This document shows, piece by piece, positions 40,140 to 53,892 of a DNA stretch of 64,000 bases. Location of the stretch: assembly GCF_009914755.1 (NCBI RefSeq), contig NC_060948.1; one strand, written 5' to 3'. Made by a program: the position numbers and the translations under genes. Within the stretch, counting starts at the first letter, position 1; every line of letters starts with the position of its first letter. The notes beneath the pieces are model-generated. The model was not told the origin of the DNA. It did not search any database and was given only the letters and a program-made list of their open reading frames with translations. This DNA comes from the human T2T-CHM13v2.0 reference genome, Homo sapiens.

Positions 40140-40750
40140 ATTCAATGAAAATTGTTTGTCTACCTACCTCCCATTATCTCAAGTCAAAGACCAGAAGAAA
40201 CACTTCCATGGTTGAACCACTTGGGTTTATTTTTCGCTGAAGCATGAAAGGGGAATGCATACCATAAGATGTCTTAGTAACGTATAAGAAAATAGTTTAT
40301 AGGATTTGGGTTTATGTTAGGAGACTTGAGGGAAGGTTTATGTAAGCAAGGCAGTGTCAGAAAGCAAGAGCTATTTTATGATGGGGTATTTCAATAAGTC
40401 TTATGCAGAAGGAGGGGAAAATAGAGCAAGTTTAAATTGGTAGTTGATGAAGAAGTGATCACTCACATCAGCCTAGATAGGTGGATATTTGGTCATTTTT
40501 TTCCGACTTGAACAACGTTTCTGTTATATATGGATTTAGATGTGATTATGGAGTGGTGTTGCTTTTGTCTTCATCCATCATGGTCACAGAGTGGCCTTAT
40601 TTGATGTTGCTGCTCTGTGAAATTGTTCATGTTCAACAAAAGAACACCAAGACCTTGCCATAAGTGATAGACCAGCACCTAGCAAGACCCAGGCCCAGCT
40701 GATATGACCACATCAGCTCTTTGATGTCAGGGCTGCTCTTCTTCTTCTCA
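40140..40750 (-). mobile_element. Old ERV1-class LTR (MER89/MER90-like)
   Basis: catggtcacagagtggccttatttgatg...gatgtcagggctgctcttcttcttctca terminus. The family name is tentative. Confidence 0.5.
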
Positions 40751-43700
40751 CTGGTGGGCAATTGTGGTGCATCAGTGAAAACATTAGGAAACAAAGCGGA
40801 TGGCAATATGTCCATTCTCATTGGGAGAAGGGGATACAAAAAACCAATAAACTTGGTAAGTAAATTATATAGTGTCTTAAATGCTATGGGAAACGATAAA
40901 AGATAATGGAACACTGCAAAAGGATAGGAATTGGAGAAGGCATAACAGAGGAAAGTTGCAGTTTTAAATAAGGCAGACCTCTCTGAGAAGGTGACATATG
41001 AGTAAATACTTGGAATGGAGGTGAGGAAGTGAGCCATGAGAACAGGGAATTCTGGTCGAATTTCAGAAAAATTACCCTAATACTGAGTATAGATGGTTAA
41101 TAATCATCTGCTTACTCTACAGGCAATTGAACCCATCCTCTGCTTCATGTCCAGTTCTTGGTTTTCCCATTGACCTCTCTGAGGCCTTTCTGCCCTACAC
41201 TAGATAGAAAGGGGTTGAGTAGAAGGCACAGACAAGTTGGGAGATGATTTCCTTTTCCTCAGAACTTCTGCTTTATGACATAAAGGTAATGAGTAAACTT
41301 CTTACCCATCTTCCTTCCCAAAGCTGCTAACATCAGTGATCTGTCCTCCATGGAAGGCAACTGCCCACCTGACTATTCCTGTTACAAGATGATTCTTGCT
41401 CCATCTTCACTGTAGCCAGGATTCTGCATATTCTCTTCTCATGGAAGGTAAAGTTGTTCAAGTTCTATCCTTACCCATTAGAACTGGAATCAGAGACATG
41501 AATCTGAGCTGTCTCCTAGGAGATTTCTTCTGTTGCTTCTGTTTCTTCAGAGCATATTTATGGCTATGAGACTTGTTTCTCTTCTAGGAAAATCTCCAAT
41601 TTCTCTTTGGTATGCATTATCGTCAATTGTCAAACTTAAAGATATAAACACAGGCCGATAATTTATCTATACTTTGATCAAGATCGCAGCTTATAAGTGA
41701 TATATCTAAGTGAGCTCAGTCTTCAAATTTCCTTAGCGATGGTCTTGTTTCTAGGTTCCAGTACATTCCTACCTGGTAGCTATGTTGAAATAAAAAATTG
41801 TTCAACAGAAATGTTAAAGGTGAAAATAATTGACACCAAGTGACATAATGTAGTACCCTTCTGTGATAAATTGAATAACACCAATTTAAATTTGTACACA
41901 TCACTACAATGAAAGTAATGGCATGGGAATCTCTTGATAACCAGCACAGCAATATGACAAAAAGTGTACTCTATAAATTTCTGTTTTAGAAAGATGTAAT
42001 TCTTGATTTGATATGTTTAATCATCAGAATGTGGGACACATTTTTATTACTGAATTATAATGACTGTAGTAACTTACATTTTTATGGGGAATTATGCCTT
42101 ACTTTTATATTTAGTTTCTCATTTGAGTCCCTTAATATCTCTGGAAGGTAGATAATGTGTGGAGTTATTGTCTTCATTTTACTGTGAAGAAAATAGGGCT
42201 CAAAGAAAACAGACTTGCAAATTTAATAAGAGCTGAATGCAGGGATGGAATCCAGTTCTCCTTAATATGAATATATCTTTCAAACAAAGGTCAACAAGTT
42301 ATTATTTCAATTTTCTATCTGTTGCTTATTACATATCTGAACTTGGACAAGTCCTATAATCTCTGAGTTTTCATTTTCTTGAGGCTAGTGGCAATGCCTA
42401 CCTCAATATATTATTTTATAATGAATATCTAAACATGTATATCAATCCTAGTATAATACCTGGCAAACTCAATGTGCTCAACAACTGATAGCCCTATTAT
42501 TATGAGCAAGAGCAACATTTATAAAATTATTTATTAATCTGTAAAACAGGAAGACTAGAACTTGACTCATAGGGTTGTCATTGGTATTAAATGAAATATC
42601 AAAAGCAAAGTATTCAACATAGTATGTGTCACATATGCAGACAATCAATGGTAGCTTATATTGTAATTATTTTCAATTGCATCTTAGGATTCACTTTTTC
42701 TAACAGTGACTGAAATCTGGTCTCAAATTTAAGTAAAGATGAGGACTTACTGGTGCAAGTAATTTAACAATGAAGGAATATATCTTGCTTCTGGTGTACC
42801 TAAATAAAGGCTATTAAATGATATCTTCAGAATCACTCCCACCATGTACTCTGCTCCTCTTTGTTGACTCCATTATCAAGTAGTTCCAAAGTAGCTTTCA
42901 TCAGTTCCCACGTCTACATACTCCAACATGTTTTTCTGGTGGGAAAGAACAAAAATATTTATCCAACCATTACCATCTTAATGTCACAAGATTCATGTGA
43001 TTTTATTGAGTTAGGTTAGGTGCTCACCTCTGTATCAATCAGTTGGGCCAGAGAAATATGATGCCCATGTTGACATGCATCCTGAGTAACATGCAAATAT
43101 CTAGTATGTTATTAGTAAGCTATATATACTCATTCTCAAGGAGGTAGTTCCTTGATCTATGTAATTTGGTTATTCCATTGTAGTTCCCATACCAATAGTT
43201 CACCTTCATCCATGCATTATCTCATTTTTCTGTTGATAGCACAGCAAAGTACAATTTAGCACAAAGGAATTGAACAAAATTGTTACTTAACATACTAACA
43301 ATATCAACCTATTCACTGTAATTAGCATTTCTGTGATACATCCTTACATTGTGTAATCATCTGTCTTGAACACCAAAAGAAGATGAAAGAATTATTCTTG
43401 CCTTCAAAGGAATCCAAGCTCATAACACAAGAGACAGATATTTTAAATATTTAGGTGAATGTGAGCAATAAGATAGAGCCATCCCAAAGTGCTCTGGAAA
43501 TGCAGAAGATATTATTTCTGAATGAGACTGAACAAAGGCAAAAACTTGAGACAGCTAGAAAATTTAATGAGAACAGTTGAGAAAGCTGTTGGTTTAAGGC
43601 ATTAACACTGTAGTTTTCCAAGGTAGGCCTGGGTGTATTATGAGGAAGTTATTCTAGATTCAGGGAGCACATAGTTTGCAGATGAATGAGTGTATGCTTT

Positions 43701-46056
43701 CTTTTTATTTTTCTCAAGACACTTTTTTCCTTCCCTTTTCTGCCTCTTGATAAATGAAATCCCATTATCTTTATAAATTTCCAGAGACAATTCCTCACTT
43801 AATCCCACCCCCAGGACCTACTCTCAGGATTAAATTGGGTTAGGTAGCAACATTCATTCATTCAGTCTATCAGTCAGTGGGCTCCTATTTGGTGTCAGTT
43901 GTGTGCCAGCCACATTAGGGAATAAAAGTTTAGTTAACATATATATTTTTTGCCTGAAATTTAAGGTGTATCCATTTTGCTTAAGGAGACAGATATGTTA
44001 CCAACTTAAAAGTATAATTTGAGCAATGCTGTACTGAGACATGTGGAAAGCATTTAGAGATATCAGAAGGAAAAATAACTAGTACTGCCTGGTGCAAGGT
44101 GCAGATGGATAGTTGATTAGAAAGGTTTTCACTGAGGAGATGGCCTTTGAACTGGACTGCTAAGCAAAGGAGGAAGTCTATACAAATGAAGGGAGGCATA
44201 AAAAAAAAACACTTGGGAAGTACCTAAGGATTGGGCGGTAGCTTGGTATGTCTGGTATGTGTATAGCTTCAAGGGAGAAAGTGTCACGAGATAAGGCCAT
44301 AAAGGTGTGCAAGCACGAGGTCAGGAAGGATCGTAGAGATATGGTATTATCACATAAGTGAAGGTAATGCAGGGTATCAGAGGAGGGAAAAGAAAAGATT
44401 CAATCCAGGCTGTTGCCTAATCATTAAACATAACTACAAAGAGTAATTACAAGTTTTGGAATGGAAGGCTGTAACATGCTACAGAGGCCCTGTTTTAGAA
44501 AATTCTAATGAACCCAATGCAAACAAAAATTAAATACAATAAATAAGTAAATAATATTTCATCTTAAGAGAACATATTTCCTTGAAATTGAGATCTCTTC
44601 TGGTATGATATGGAATTCTATTTATAATAAATCATCATTATATTTTCTCCAGAAGTATTTCCATTGGTCTCCACCAAAGGCTAGTTGTTTGCTTGGGCCA
44701 AATATGTTAATCTGAAGACAATTGGCTACATAGCTGAAATGCATTGCTGGACATGTTCAATATTTGAAGAGAAATGCAAAGGTGACCCAGCTATGTACTC
44801 ATAATATACCAGAGCCTAACTTTAGCAGTAAACCTTGTGATTCCTATTGAAATATCACCACACAGGTAGAAGGAAACAACAACTGAAAGACTTTGTAATG
44901 CTTGAATAAGTAAATCCATTAGATTAAATCCAAAAGCCCATTTATTCTGAATTATATGGCATGGTGGCAGACAATATTAGCAAATATCAGGTTTATATTA
45001 AAATTGTGATGACCTCGTGCTTTTTCTTTAGGAAGTTTACAAATATTGGTATTCAAAAAGTAGTTTTTGGACTTGCATTTCTGAAGTTATTGAAAAGGCT
45101 AACATAATGCCATTTCAATCATTTAGTTTTTCTAATTGACTTTGCAGTTACATCTTCTTAAGTGTTTATTTCTAACACAACCACAGTCCTCTTCCTTTTA
45201 AGCTTTCAGTGCTGAGGGCAAAACTTCTGTTAATCACAAACAAAACTCTGAAAATGCCATTGTGTTATCACCCAGGAACACAGACAATAAAATTAATCAT
45301 CACTCCCAATGCATTTCCATTTGCTAACACAGTGAAATCACCAACCACAACTTCATTCCCCTGAGGTTTCCATAGAAAGTTTTCATATCTTATTCCAGTG
45401 AATCAGACAAAAGCTCTAGGTGTCTATTTATCATGAGGACAGTTTTTAAATTTAAATTGCAAAATGCAGCCACGTGATCACCTATACAACCATGGAAATT
45501 TGGTTTCCTAATCTGGGGAGTAGGTCTGAGTTTGTAGATATTGCTAAAAATTTCCAACCAAGTGTATGGAATTGTTGCTTAGATAATAAATATTTGGATA
45601 AGTTGGACACAAAAGAGGGGCTAATACACAAGGAAAGTGACCTATATCATTTGAAAATATATACTTTTCTCTAATATTCTATTCATTTTGGGAAAATAAT
45701 TCCTTTTGCAAAGAGATTTCCAATGCTCTTGGTTTTGTGGGTACTCTGCATTTGTGTGTATAATAGACAACTGGGCAAATCTTACCCCAAGTTTACCTTT
45801 CCTGGCTTCCCTATTTCTACTTATGATCACTATTGAATCTTGAACATGGAAGGAATCATGGGAGCTATTATTCATTTGGCAATTTTTTACATGCTTATTG
45901 AATATCTGTTATAGATTATGCTCTATTTTAGGCACTGAGGATTTACACATATTCTTGGGAAACTCTTCAGGGTGCAAATAATACACAACTAAATGAGTGA
46001 GATAAGCTCAGATGGTAATGGTTGCTATAATGAAAACTGTTCAGGGAGATATTTAA

Positions 46057-46502
<446 letters not shown>

Positions 46503-47898
46503 GACAATTTTTGATAAATGAAGAATTATCTTTACCTTACAATTTTAAAGTATTTTCATATTTAGTGTCCATCTATATTTTAAGTGATATTTTCAAATTT
46601 TCTATGAGGGTAATCATATTTTAGTAGAAAGGGATTTTTTTGCCTTCAGGATATTAACCATTTGTTACTGGTATTGCAAATACTTTCCTATTTAGTTATT
46701 TATACTGTGACTAATTTTGTTCTTTTTTAAATAAAGATTATATGTTATATGTAACTCTATTAATTTTTTATGTTTCTTAACTTTCATTATATGCTTAGAA
46801 ATAACCTCTCTACCTAAAGATATTTAGTGGTTAAGTCTCTAGTAATTATTTATGTTAACACTTCATCTTTGATTTAATGTTTTTAAGTATTTGATGTATC
46901 TTTGCATTTATTTAAGAAACCATTTTAGTTTTTAGAATATGGTTAACCAATAATCACAATGAAATTAAATAATTCAGTCTCTCTGCTATTTTAAATGCTG
47001 CCTTATTGTATACTAAATTACACGTTCTTGAGTCCAAATCCAGACTTTGCACTGTGTTCCTTTCAGCTATTGTTCTGTGCCAATACTAACAGTTTTGCTT
47101 TTTTCTATCTTTATAATTCTATTGATATACGTTGGGACCAGTCTTCCCTCACTTTTCTTTATCAAAAGTATTTTAATATCACCTATTATTCCAGATATAT
47201 CTTTGAGTTCTTTTGCCAGTTCACTTTTAAATAACATTTTGATTGGAACACAATAAACGTTATAATTTTACTTACATAAGATATACATTTAACTTTGATT
47301 ATTTCAAAATACATTTTGTTGTTGTTTATGATAATAAATGTGCCAACTTTTTAAGATACTGAACCTGTGATTAGTTCTAATAAGACATAGAATGAATTTT
47401 CTCAGATTTTCTGGGTATATAACAATGTAATTTACAGATAATTAAATACCTTAAAAGGAATTGCAAATTGTTATTACATGTATGTGTATATTCATTTGTT
47501 TATTTATAGGAGCTAGAGCTCATATGTTTTAAAATAGCTGCTGTGATACTCTACATCTCTTAATCTCAGCTTTCTGTAAAATTGTGAGACAGTTACTTAC
47601 CACAAAAGGTGGTTTTGAGCATCAAAGAATCACATTAGTTCTTTTAGACAAAATGCTTAAAACAGTGCCTATCACATAGTAAGCACTATAAAGTGTTTTT
47701 GTTGCTGATATCATTATTAATATTATTTTATTGGCTGCAATTTCAAAATAAAAGATAACCGTGGTGTGAGTAAACATCTTTATTTTGCTCTTTATCTTAT
47801 GGATGATACACTTTAGAGGTTTATTTTTATATTATGAATCATTTAAACTTATTTAGACATTTGGACATTTTGACATTGTGTAACTTAAGTTTGATATG

Positions 47899-50097
47899 CA
47901 TATTAGTCTGTTCTCATGCTGCTAATAAAGATATAACCAAGACTGTTTAATTTATAAAGGAAATAGGTTTCATTGACTCCCAGTTCAGCATGGCTGCAAA
48001 AGCCCCAGGAAACTTAAAAATCATAACAGAAGAGGAAGCAAACACATCCTTCTTCACATGGCAGCAGGAAGAAAAATGAGTGTTGTGTTAGTCCATTTTC
48101 ATGCTGCTGACAAAGGCATACCTGAGCCTGGACAATTTTACTATAAAAATAAGTTTATTTACTTACAGTTCCACATGGCTAGGGAGGCATCACGATCATG
48201 GCAGAGGGCAAGGAGGAGCAAGTCACATCTTATGTGAATGGTTTCAGACAAGAAGAGAGCTTATGCAGGGAAACTCCACCTTATAAAGCCTGCAGATCTC
48301 ATGAGATTTATTCACTATCAAGAGAACAACAAGGGAAAGACCTGCCCCCATGATTTAGTTACCTTCCACCGGGAACCTCCCACCATATGTGGGAGTTCAA
48401 GATGAGATTTAGGTGGGAACAAGGCCAAACCATATCATTATGCCCCTGGCCCTTCCCAAATCTCATGTCTTCACATTTCAAAACCAATCATGCCTTCCCA
48501 ACAGTCCCCCAAAGTCTTAACTCATTTCAGCATTAACTCAAAAGTCCACAGTCCAAAGTCTCATCTGAGACAAGACTACTCTCTTTCACCTATGAGCCTG
48601 TAAAATCAAAAGCAAGTTAGTTACTTCCTGGACACAATGGAAGTACAGGAATTTGGTAAATACAACCATTCCAAATGGGAAAAATTAGCCCAAACAAGGA
48701 CCTACAGGCCCCACGCAAGTCTAAAATCAAGTGGGGGAGTCAAATATTAAAGCTCCAAAATGATCTCCTTTGACCCCATGACTTGCATCTGAGTCACACT
48801 GATGCAAGAGGTGGGTTCTCCTGGTCTTGGGCAGCTCCACCCCTATGGCTTTGCAGTTTATAGTCCCCCTCATAGCTGCTTTCACGGCTGATATTGAGTG
48901 TCTGTGGCTTTTCCAGGCACACGGTTCAAGCTGTAGGTGGACCTACCATTCTGAGGTCTGGAGGATGGTGCACTTCTTTTCACAGCTCCACTAAGTGGTG
49001 TTCCAGTAGGGACTCTGTGTTGGGGCTGCAACCTCACATTTTCCTTCCACACTGTCTTTCTCTTCTATAGTATTGTCAGGCTGTAAATTTTTCAACATTT
49101 TTTGCTCTCCTTCCCTTATAAAACTGAATGCCTTTATCAGCACCCAAGTCACCTCTTGAATGTGTTGCTGCTTAGAAATGTCTTCTGACAGATACCCAAA
49201 ATCATCTCTCTCTAGTTCAAAGTTCCCCAAATTTCTAAGGAAGGGGCAAAATGTCACCAGTGTCTTTGCTAAAATGAAACAAGAGTCACCTTTGCTCCAG
49301 TTCTCAACAAGTTCCTCATCTCCATCTGAGACTTCCTCAGCCTTGATTTCATTGTCCATATCATTGTCAGCATTTTAGCCAAAGGCATTCAGCAAGTCTC
49401 TTGGAAGTTCCAAACTTGCCTATACTTTCCTGTCTTCTTCTGAGCCCTCCAAACTGTTCCAATCTCTTCCTGTTACTCAGTTCCAAAGTCACTTCAAATT
49501 TTGGGGGATATTTTCAGCAATACCCCACTCTAGAGCTGGGGTATTTACTATATTCATTTGTTTTCATGCTGCTGATAAAGACATATCTGAGTCTGGGCAA
49601 TATTATGAAAGAAAGTGGTTTACTGCACTTACATTTCCAGATGGCTGGGAAAACATCAAAATCATGGCAGAAGACAAGGAAGAGCTCATCACATCTCACA
49701 TGAATGGTGGCAGCCAAAAAGAGAGCTTGTGCAGGGAAACTCTGCCTTATGAAGCCATCAGATTTCATGAGACTTACTCACTATTAAGAGAACAGCATGG
49801 CAAAGGCCTGCCCTTATGATTTAATTACCTCTCACTGAGTACCTCCCACAGCATGTGGGAATTTAAGATGAGATTTGGGTAGGGACACACCCAAACCATA
49901 TCAATGTCCATCAAAGGGCAAAGACCCTTGTAAAACCATCAAATCTTTTGAGAACTAACTCCTTATCATGAGAACAATATAGGGGAACCTGCCCCCATAA
50001 TTTAATTATCACCACCTGTTTTTTCCATGACACATGGGGATTATGGGAAGTACAATTTAAGATGAGATTTGGGTGGGAACACAGCCAAATTGTATTA
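47899..50097 (-). mobile_element. THE1 solo LTR (47899-48083 and 49904-50097) split by a complete THE1 element (LTR 48084-48437, internal 48438-49548, LTR 49549-49903)
   Basis: Two inner LTRs ending accatatca flank THE1-int sequence, and the outer LTR halves rejoin colinearly. Confidence 0.85.
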
Positions 50098-50176
50098 TTA
50101 TGTATCACTAAAAAGCAACATTTAAAAAATAAACTGCAAAATTATTAAGATAGCAAACAAAAGTAATATCTTCTAA

Positions 50177-50432
50177 GGCCAGGCACAGTGGATCATGCCT
50201 GTAATCTCAATGCTTTTGATACCAAGATGGGCGGATACCCTGATCCCAGGATTTCAAGACCAGTCTGTGAAACATGGTGAAATCCCATCTCTACAAAAAG
50301 TACGTACAAAAAAATAGCTACTCTGGAGGTTGAGGTGAAAGATCTTTTGAGCCCAGGAGGCGGAGGTTGTGGTGAGTTGAGATCGTGCCATGGTACTCCA
50401 GCGTAGGTGACAGAGTGAGGGAGAAAAAAAAA
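50177..50432 (+). mobile_element. Alu (J/S, internally deleted)
   Basis: Alu body with A tail. Confidence 0.8.
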
Positions 50433-51796
50433 ATTCTATTATTATTGTATTCATATTTAAATTTGGCTGAGCTCTTTTTCTTGGCTGGTTCATTGAAACA
50501 TACATCTCATCAAGAATTAAGCATATCACTTAGTCACTGCATCTCAAATCTCAATCTGGAGTAGTTTCTACCTTTATATTAATGATATTGAAAAAAGGTT
50601 GCCATCTTCTGAAATTGTGTGCTTGTTTACTTATGGTGTAATTTACTTTCTTCTGATATCATTGTATTTTCTGTAAACTGGTACTTGAATCTGAAGGCTT
50701 GATTGAATTACAGTTACAAATATTTTGTGAAAGAGCACTCTATACAACATTATGTGTCACATCTGGTCCTCTGGGAAGCAGATGTCGAGACATAATTAGA
50801 TGTGCAAAAGATTTATTGAGAAAAATGCCTGGGATGATAGAGGGGAGAGGGAGCAAGAGGTTTTATGATCTTCACCAAAGTTCTGAAAACTCTAAAAAGG
50901 TAAAATTATTTAGGATTTGTATCCCATTCTCCTTCAGGTCTTCACCTGCTCCCATTTCCCCTCAGAAAACCTTATTTGTAAATTTGAAATTCTCTGAGTT
51001 TTTGAGTGGGCTATGATTTTTGTCATTTCTAATAGTTACACATGCTATTCATTCCCTTGCTTGGAATATTCTTTCCATCGTAGTCAATGTGAACTCTTAA
51101 TTACACTATAAAGATAACTTAAATATCATCTCCTGCAGCAAGTTCACCTTCACTTATGTGGAAACTGGTTGACTGATTCTTTCTTTAAATTTCTGTAAAT
51201 CCTCATATGTTGTCTAGAACAGTGCTAACCTTATGGTTTATCACAAATTATATATGTGTTTGTTTCCTCATTTCACTGTGGGTTAGGAGGACTACAAATA
51301 TGCTATTTCATCTGTGCATTATTAGTGGTTAGTACAGAGATTGGTCAATATTAGCTGTTCAAAAGAATTAGTAAATAATTCCTCAATGAAGTGTAGTTTC
51401 AAAGCCAGTTTCTCTACTATCTTGCACTCTGATTCAATATTCATCTTTCAAACTATCATCGAAAATGCATTTTAGGAAAAATAAAACACTTAGTGGTTAC
51501 ACTCAAGGGCTCTGAAGCCAAATACGTGGAGTTAAAATCCTATGTAAGCCACTTATTTTGTGACCCTAATCACCTTGGCCTTATTTTCTGCACCTGTGAA
51601 ATAATAATTAGCTTATGAATTTTATATGATTGCTTCAAGGATTAAACGACACAATAGGTGAACATTCAATCAACATTAGTTACCATTTCTGAACATTGTA
51701 TCTCATTATAAAATCTTTCTATTTACCTACCACTTCCACACGTGCATCACATGCTCCAGCTACATTAAAGTCACTGATGTGAATAATTCTATGAGC

Positions 51797-52090
51797 TGGC
51801 TGGGCACAGTGGCTCATGCCTGTAATCCCAGCATTTTGGGAGGCCAATGTGAGTAGATCATAAGGTCAGGAGTTCAAGACCAGCCTGACCACCATGATGA
51901 AACCCCATCTCTACTAAAAATACAGAAATTAGCTTGGCATGGTGGTGCATGCTTGTAATCACAGCTACTCGGGAGGACGAGTCAGGAGAATTGCTTGAAC
52001 CCAGGAGGTGGGTGTTGCAGTGAACTGAGATCACACTTACTGCACTCCAGCCTGAGTGACAGAGTGAGACTCTGTCTCAAAAAAAAAAAA
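51797..52090 (+). mobile_element. AluS
   Basis: Full Alu followed by an L2 remnant (about 52100-52930). Confidence 0.9.
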
Positions 52091-53336
52091 TCAATTAGCT
52101 TGTAATTATTTACTATGTTCAATGCACAATTTAATTGACTGAGCACATATTTTGAATCACGCACTGTTCTAGATATTAGAAATAGGGCAGTGAACAAACA
52201 AATTTTTTTTCCCTCACGTGGCTTATATTCTAGGGAGAGGAGGCAGGCAATAAGCAAAAATAAATACGCTAAATATGTACTATGTGTGGTAGTACACAAT
52301 GAAATGGAGACATAATGTAGAGTGTGGTGGTTCAGGGAATGCTGAGGAGATGTTGTTTTAAATAGAGTTCAAGTAAAACCTCACTGAAAAGGTGATGTTT
52401 GAGAAAAAACTGAAGAAGATGAGGGAGCAAGTCATGTAGATATTTGAGGGAAAGCAGTTAAAAAAATAATTAACTTCTTTTTATTCAGAAGCAAGTCGGA
52501 ATTCTTGAGGCAGAAATGTGCTTGGCATATGCAAAGAATCATGGAGAGGCCATACTGACCAAAGAAGAATAAGAAACGGGCACAATAATGGAGACTAAAG
52601 TCACAGAGGTAGCAGGTTCTAAATGACACAAAGTGTGTTTTTTTGCTTTGAGCAAACTGGAAAGGCATTGCCAGTTTTGAGTGAACAACTGATGTGATGA
52701 ATTATTAAAAGGTTATTCTAGAAGCTGTGTGTAGAGTAAATTGTGGATTGATAAGGATGGTAGCAGAAATATCAAGTAGGAGTCTATTCCAGTAATCCAT
52801 ATGAGGGATGGTGATGATTCAGTCTAGACTTGTAATGGTAGAGATGGTGAGAAGTGGGCCAATTTGGAAAGTATCTTAAGGATCATACAGGATTTGCTGA
52901 TGCATTGCATTTGGAGTATGATAAAAGGAGAGGAGTCGGGCATAATAATAATAATAACAATAATAGCTAATACATTTTCATTTAATACATACTCAACACT
53001 ATCAATTTTTTAATAAGTATTAGCTAATTTAGTTTTCAGAAACAATGAAGAAATAATTTCTGGCACATATGAGTACTCAATATTTACTAACTGAGGGACA
53101 GAGAGGATAACTAGCTTATCCATGCCATGCAGCTAGTAAATAGTGGATCCAAGATTCAAACTGAGACAGTGTAGTGACAGAATCCATGATTTTAAGTACT
53201 GCATGATGGATGGATGCCTTGAAAGAATGTTAGGGCCAGGGTCTGTGTTCCAGAGAATAAAGGAGACCATTCTTTGTGTGAGCTCAGGAGCCAAGAGCAG
53301 GAGTGCTGCTAAGAGTCCCATGGAGATACCTACTAC

Positions 53337-53871
53337 TGAAAGGTAAAGCCAGCTGGACTTCCTGGGTTGAGTGGAGACTTGGAGAACTTTTCTGTCTAGC
53401 TAGAGGATTGTAAATGTACCAGTCAGCACTCTCTGTCGAGCTAAAGGATTGTAATGCTCCAGTCACTACTCTGTGAAAACACACTAATCAGCACTCTGTG
53501 TCTAGCTAAAGGATTGTAAATGCATCAGTTAGCACTCTGTAAAAATGCACCAATCAGTGCTCTGAGTCTAGCTAAAGTATTGTAAATGCACCAATCAGTG
53601 CTCTGTAAAATGGACCAATCAGCAGGATGTTGGCAGGGTCAAATTAGGGAACAAAAGCCGGTCAGCCCAGCCAGCAGCAGCAACCCACTTGGGTCCCCTT
53701 CCACACTGTGGAAGCTTTGTTCTTTTGCTGTTTACAATAAATCTTGCTGCTGCTCACTCTTTGGGTCTATGCCACATTTAAGAGCTGTAACACTCACTGT
53801 GAAGGTCCACAGCTTCATTATTGAAGTCAGCAAGACCAAGAACCCACCAGAAAGAACCAACTCCAGACACA
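53337..53871 (+). mobile_element. LTR12 (short, LTR12F-like) 5' LTR of ERV9
   Basis: tgaaaggtaaagccagctggacttcctggg, tandem ctagctaaaggattgtaaatgcaccaatcagc (CCAAT) repeats, AATAAA, ends ctccagacaca. Confidence 0.9.
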
Positions 53872-53874
53872 TCT

Positions 53875-53892
53875 TGGTGACCAAGATGGGAC
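53875..53892 (+). other. Primer-binding site, tRNA-Arg
   Basis: tggtgaccaagatgggac versus TGGCGACCCAGATGGGAC. Confidence 0.75.

Noticed and set aside
48991-49359. 122-aa ORF
   Set aside because: Typical THE1/MaLR internal ORF remnant.
53385-53625. Regularly spaced direct repeats of about 40 bp (CRISPR-like appearance)
   Set aside because: These are the normal U3 CCAAT tandem repeats of LTR12, with no unique spacers, in a eukaryotic context.
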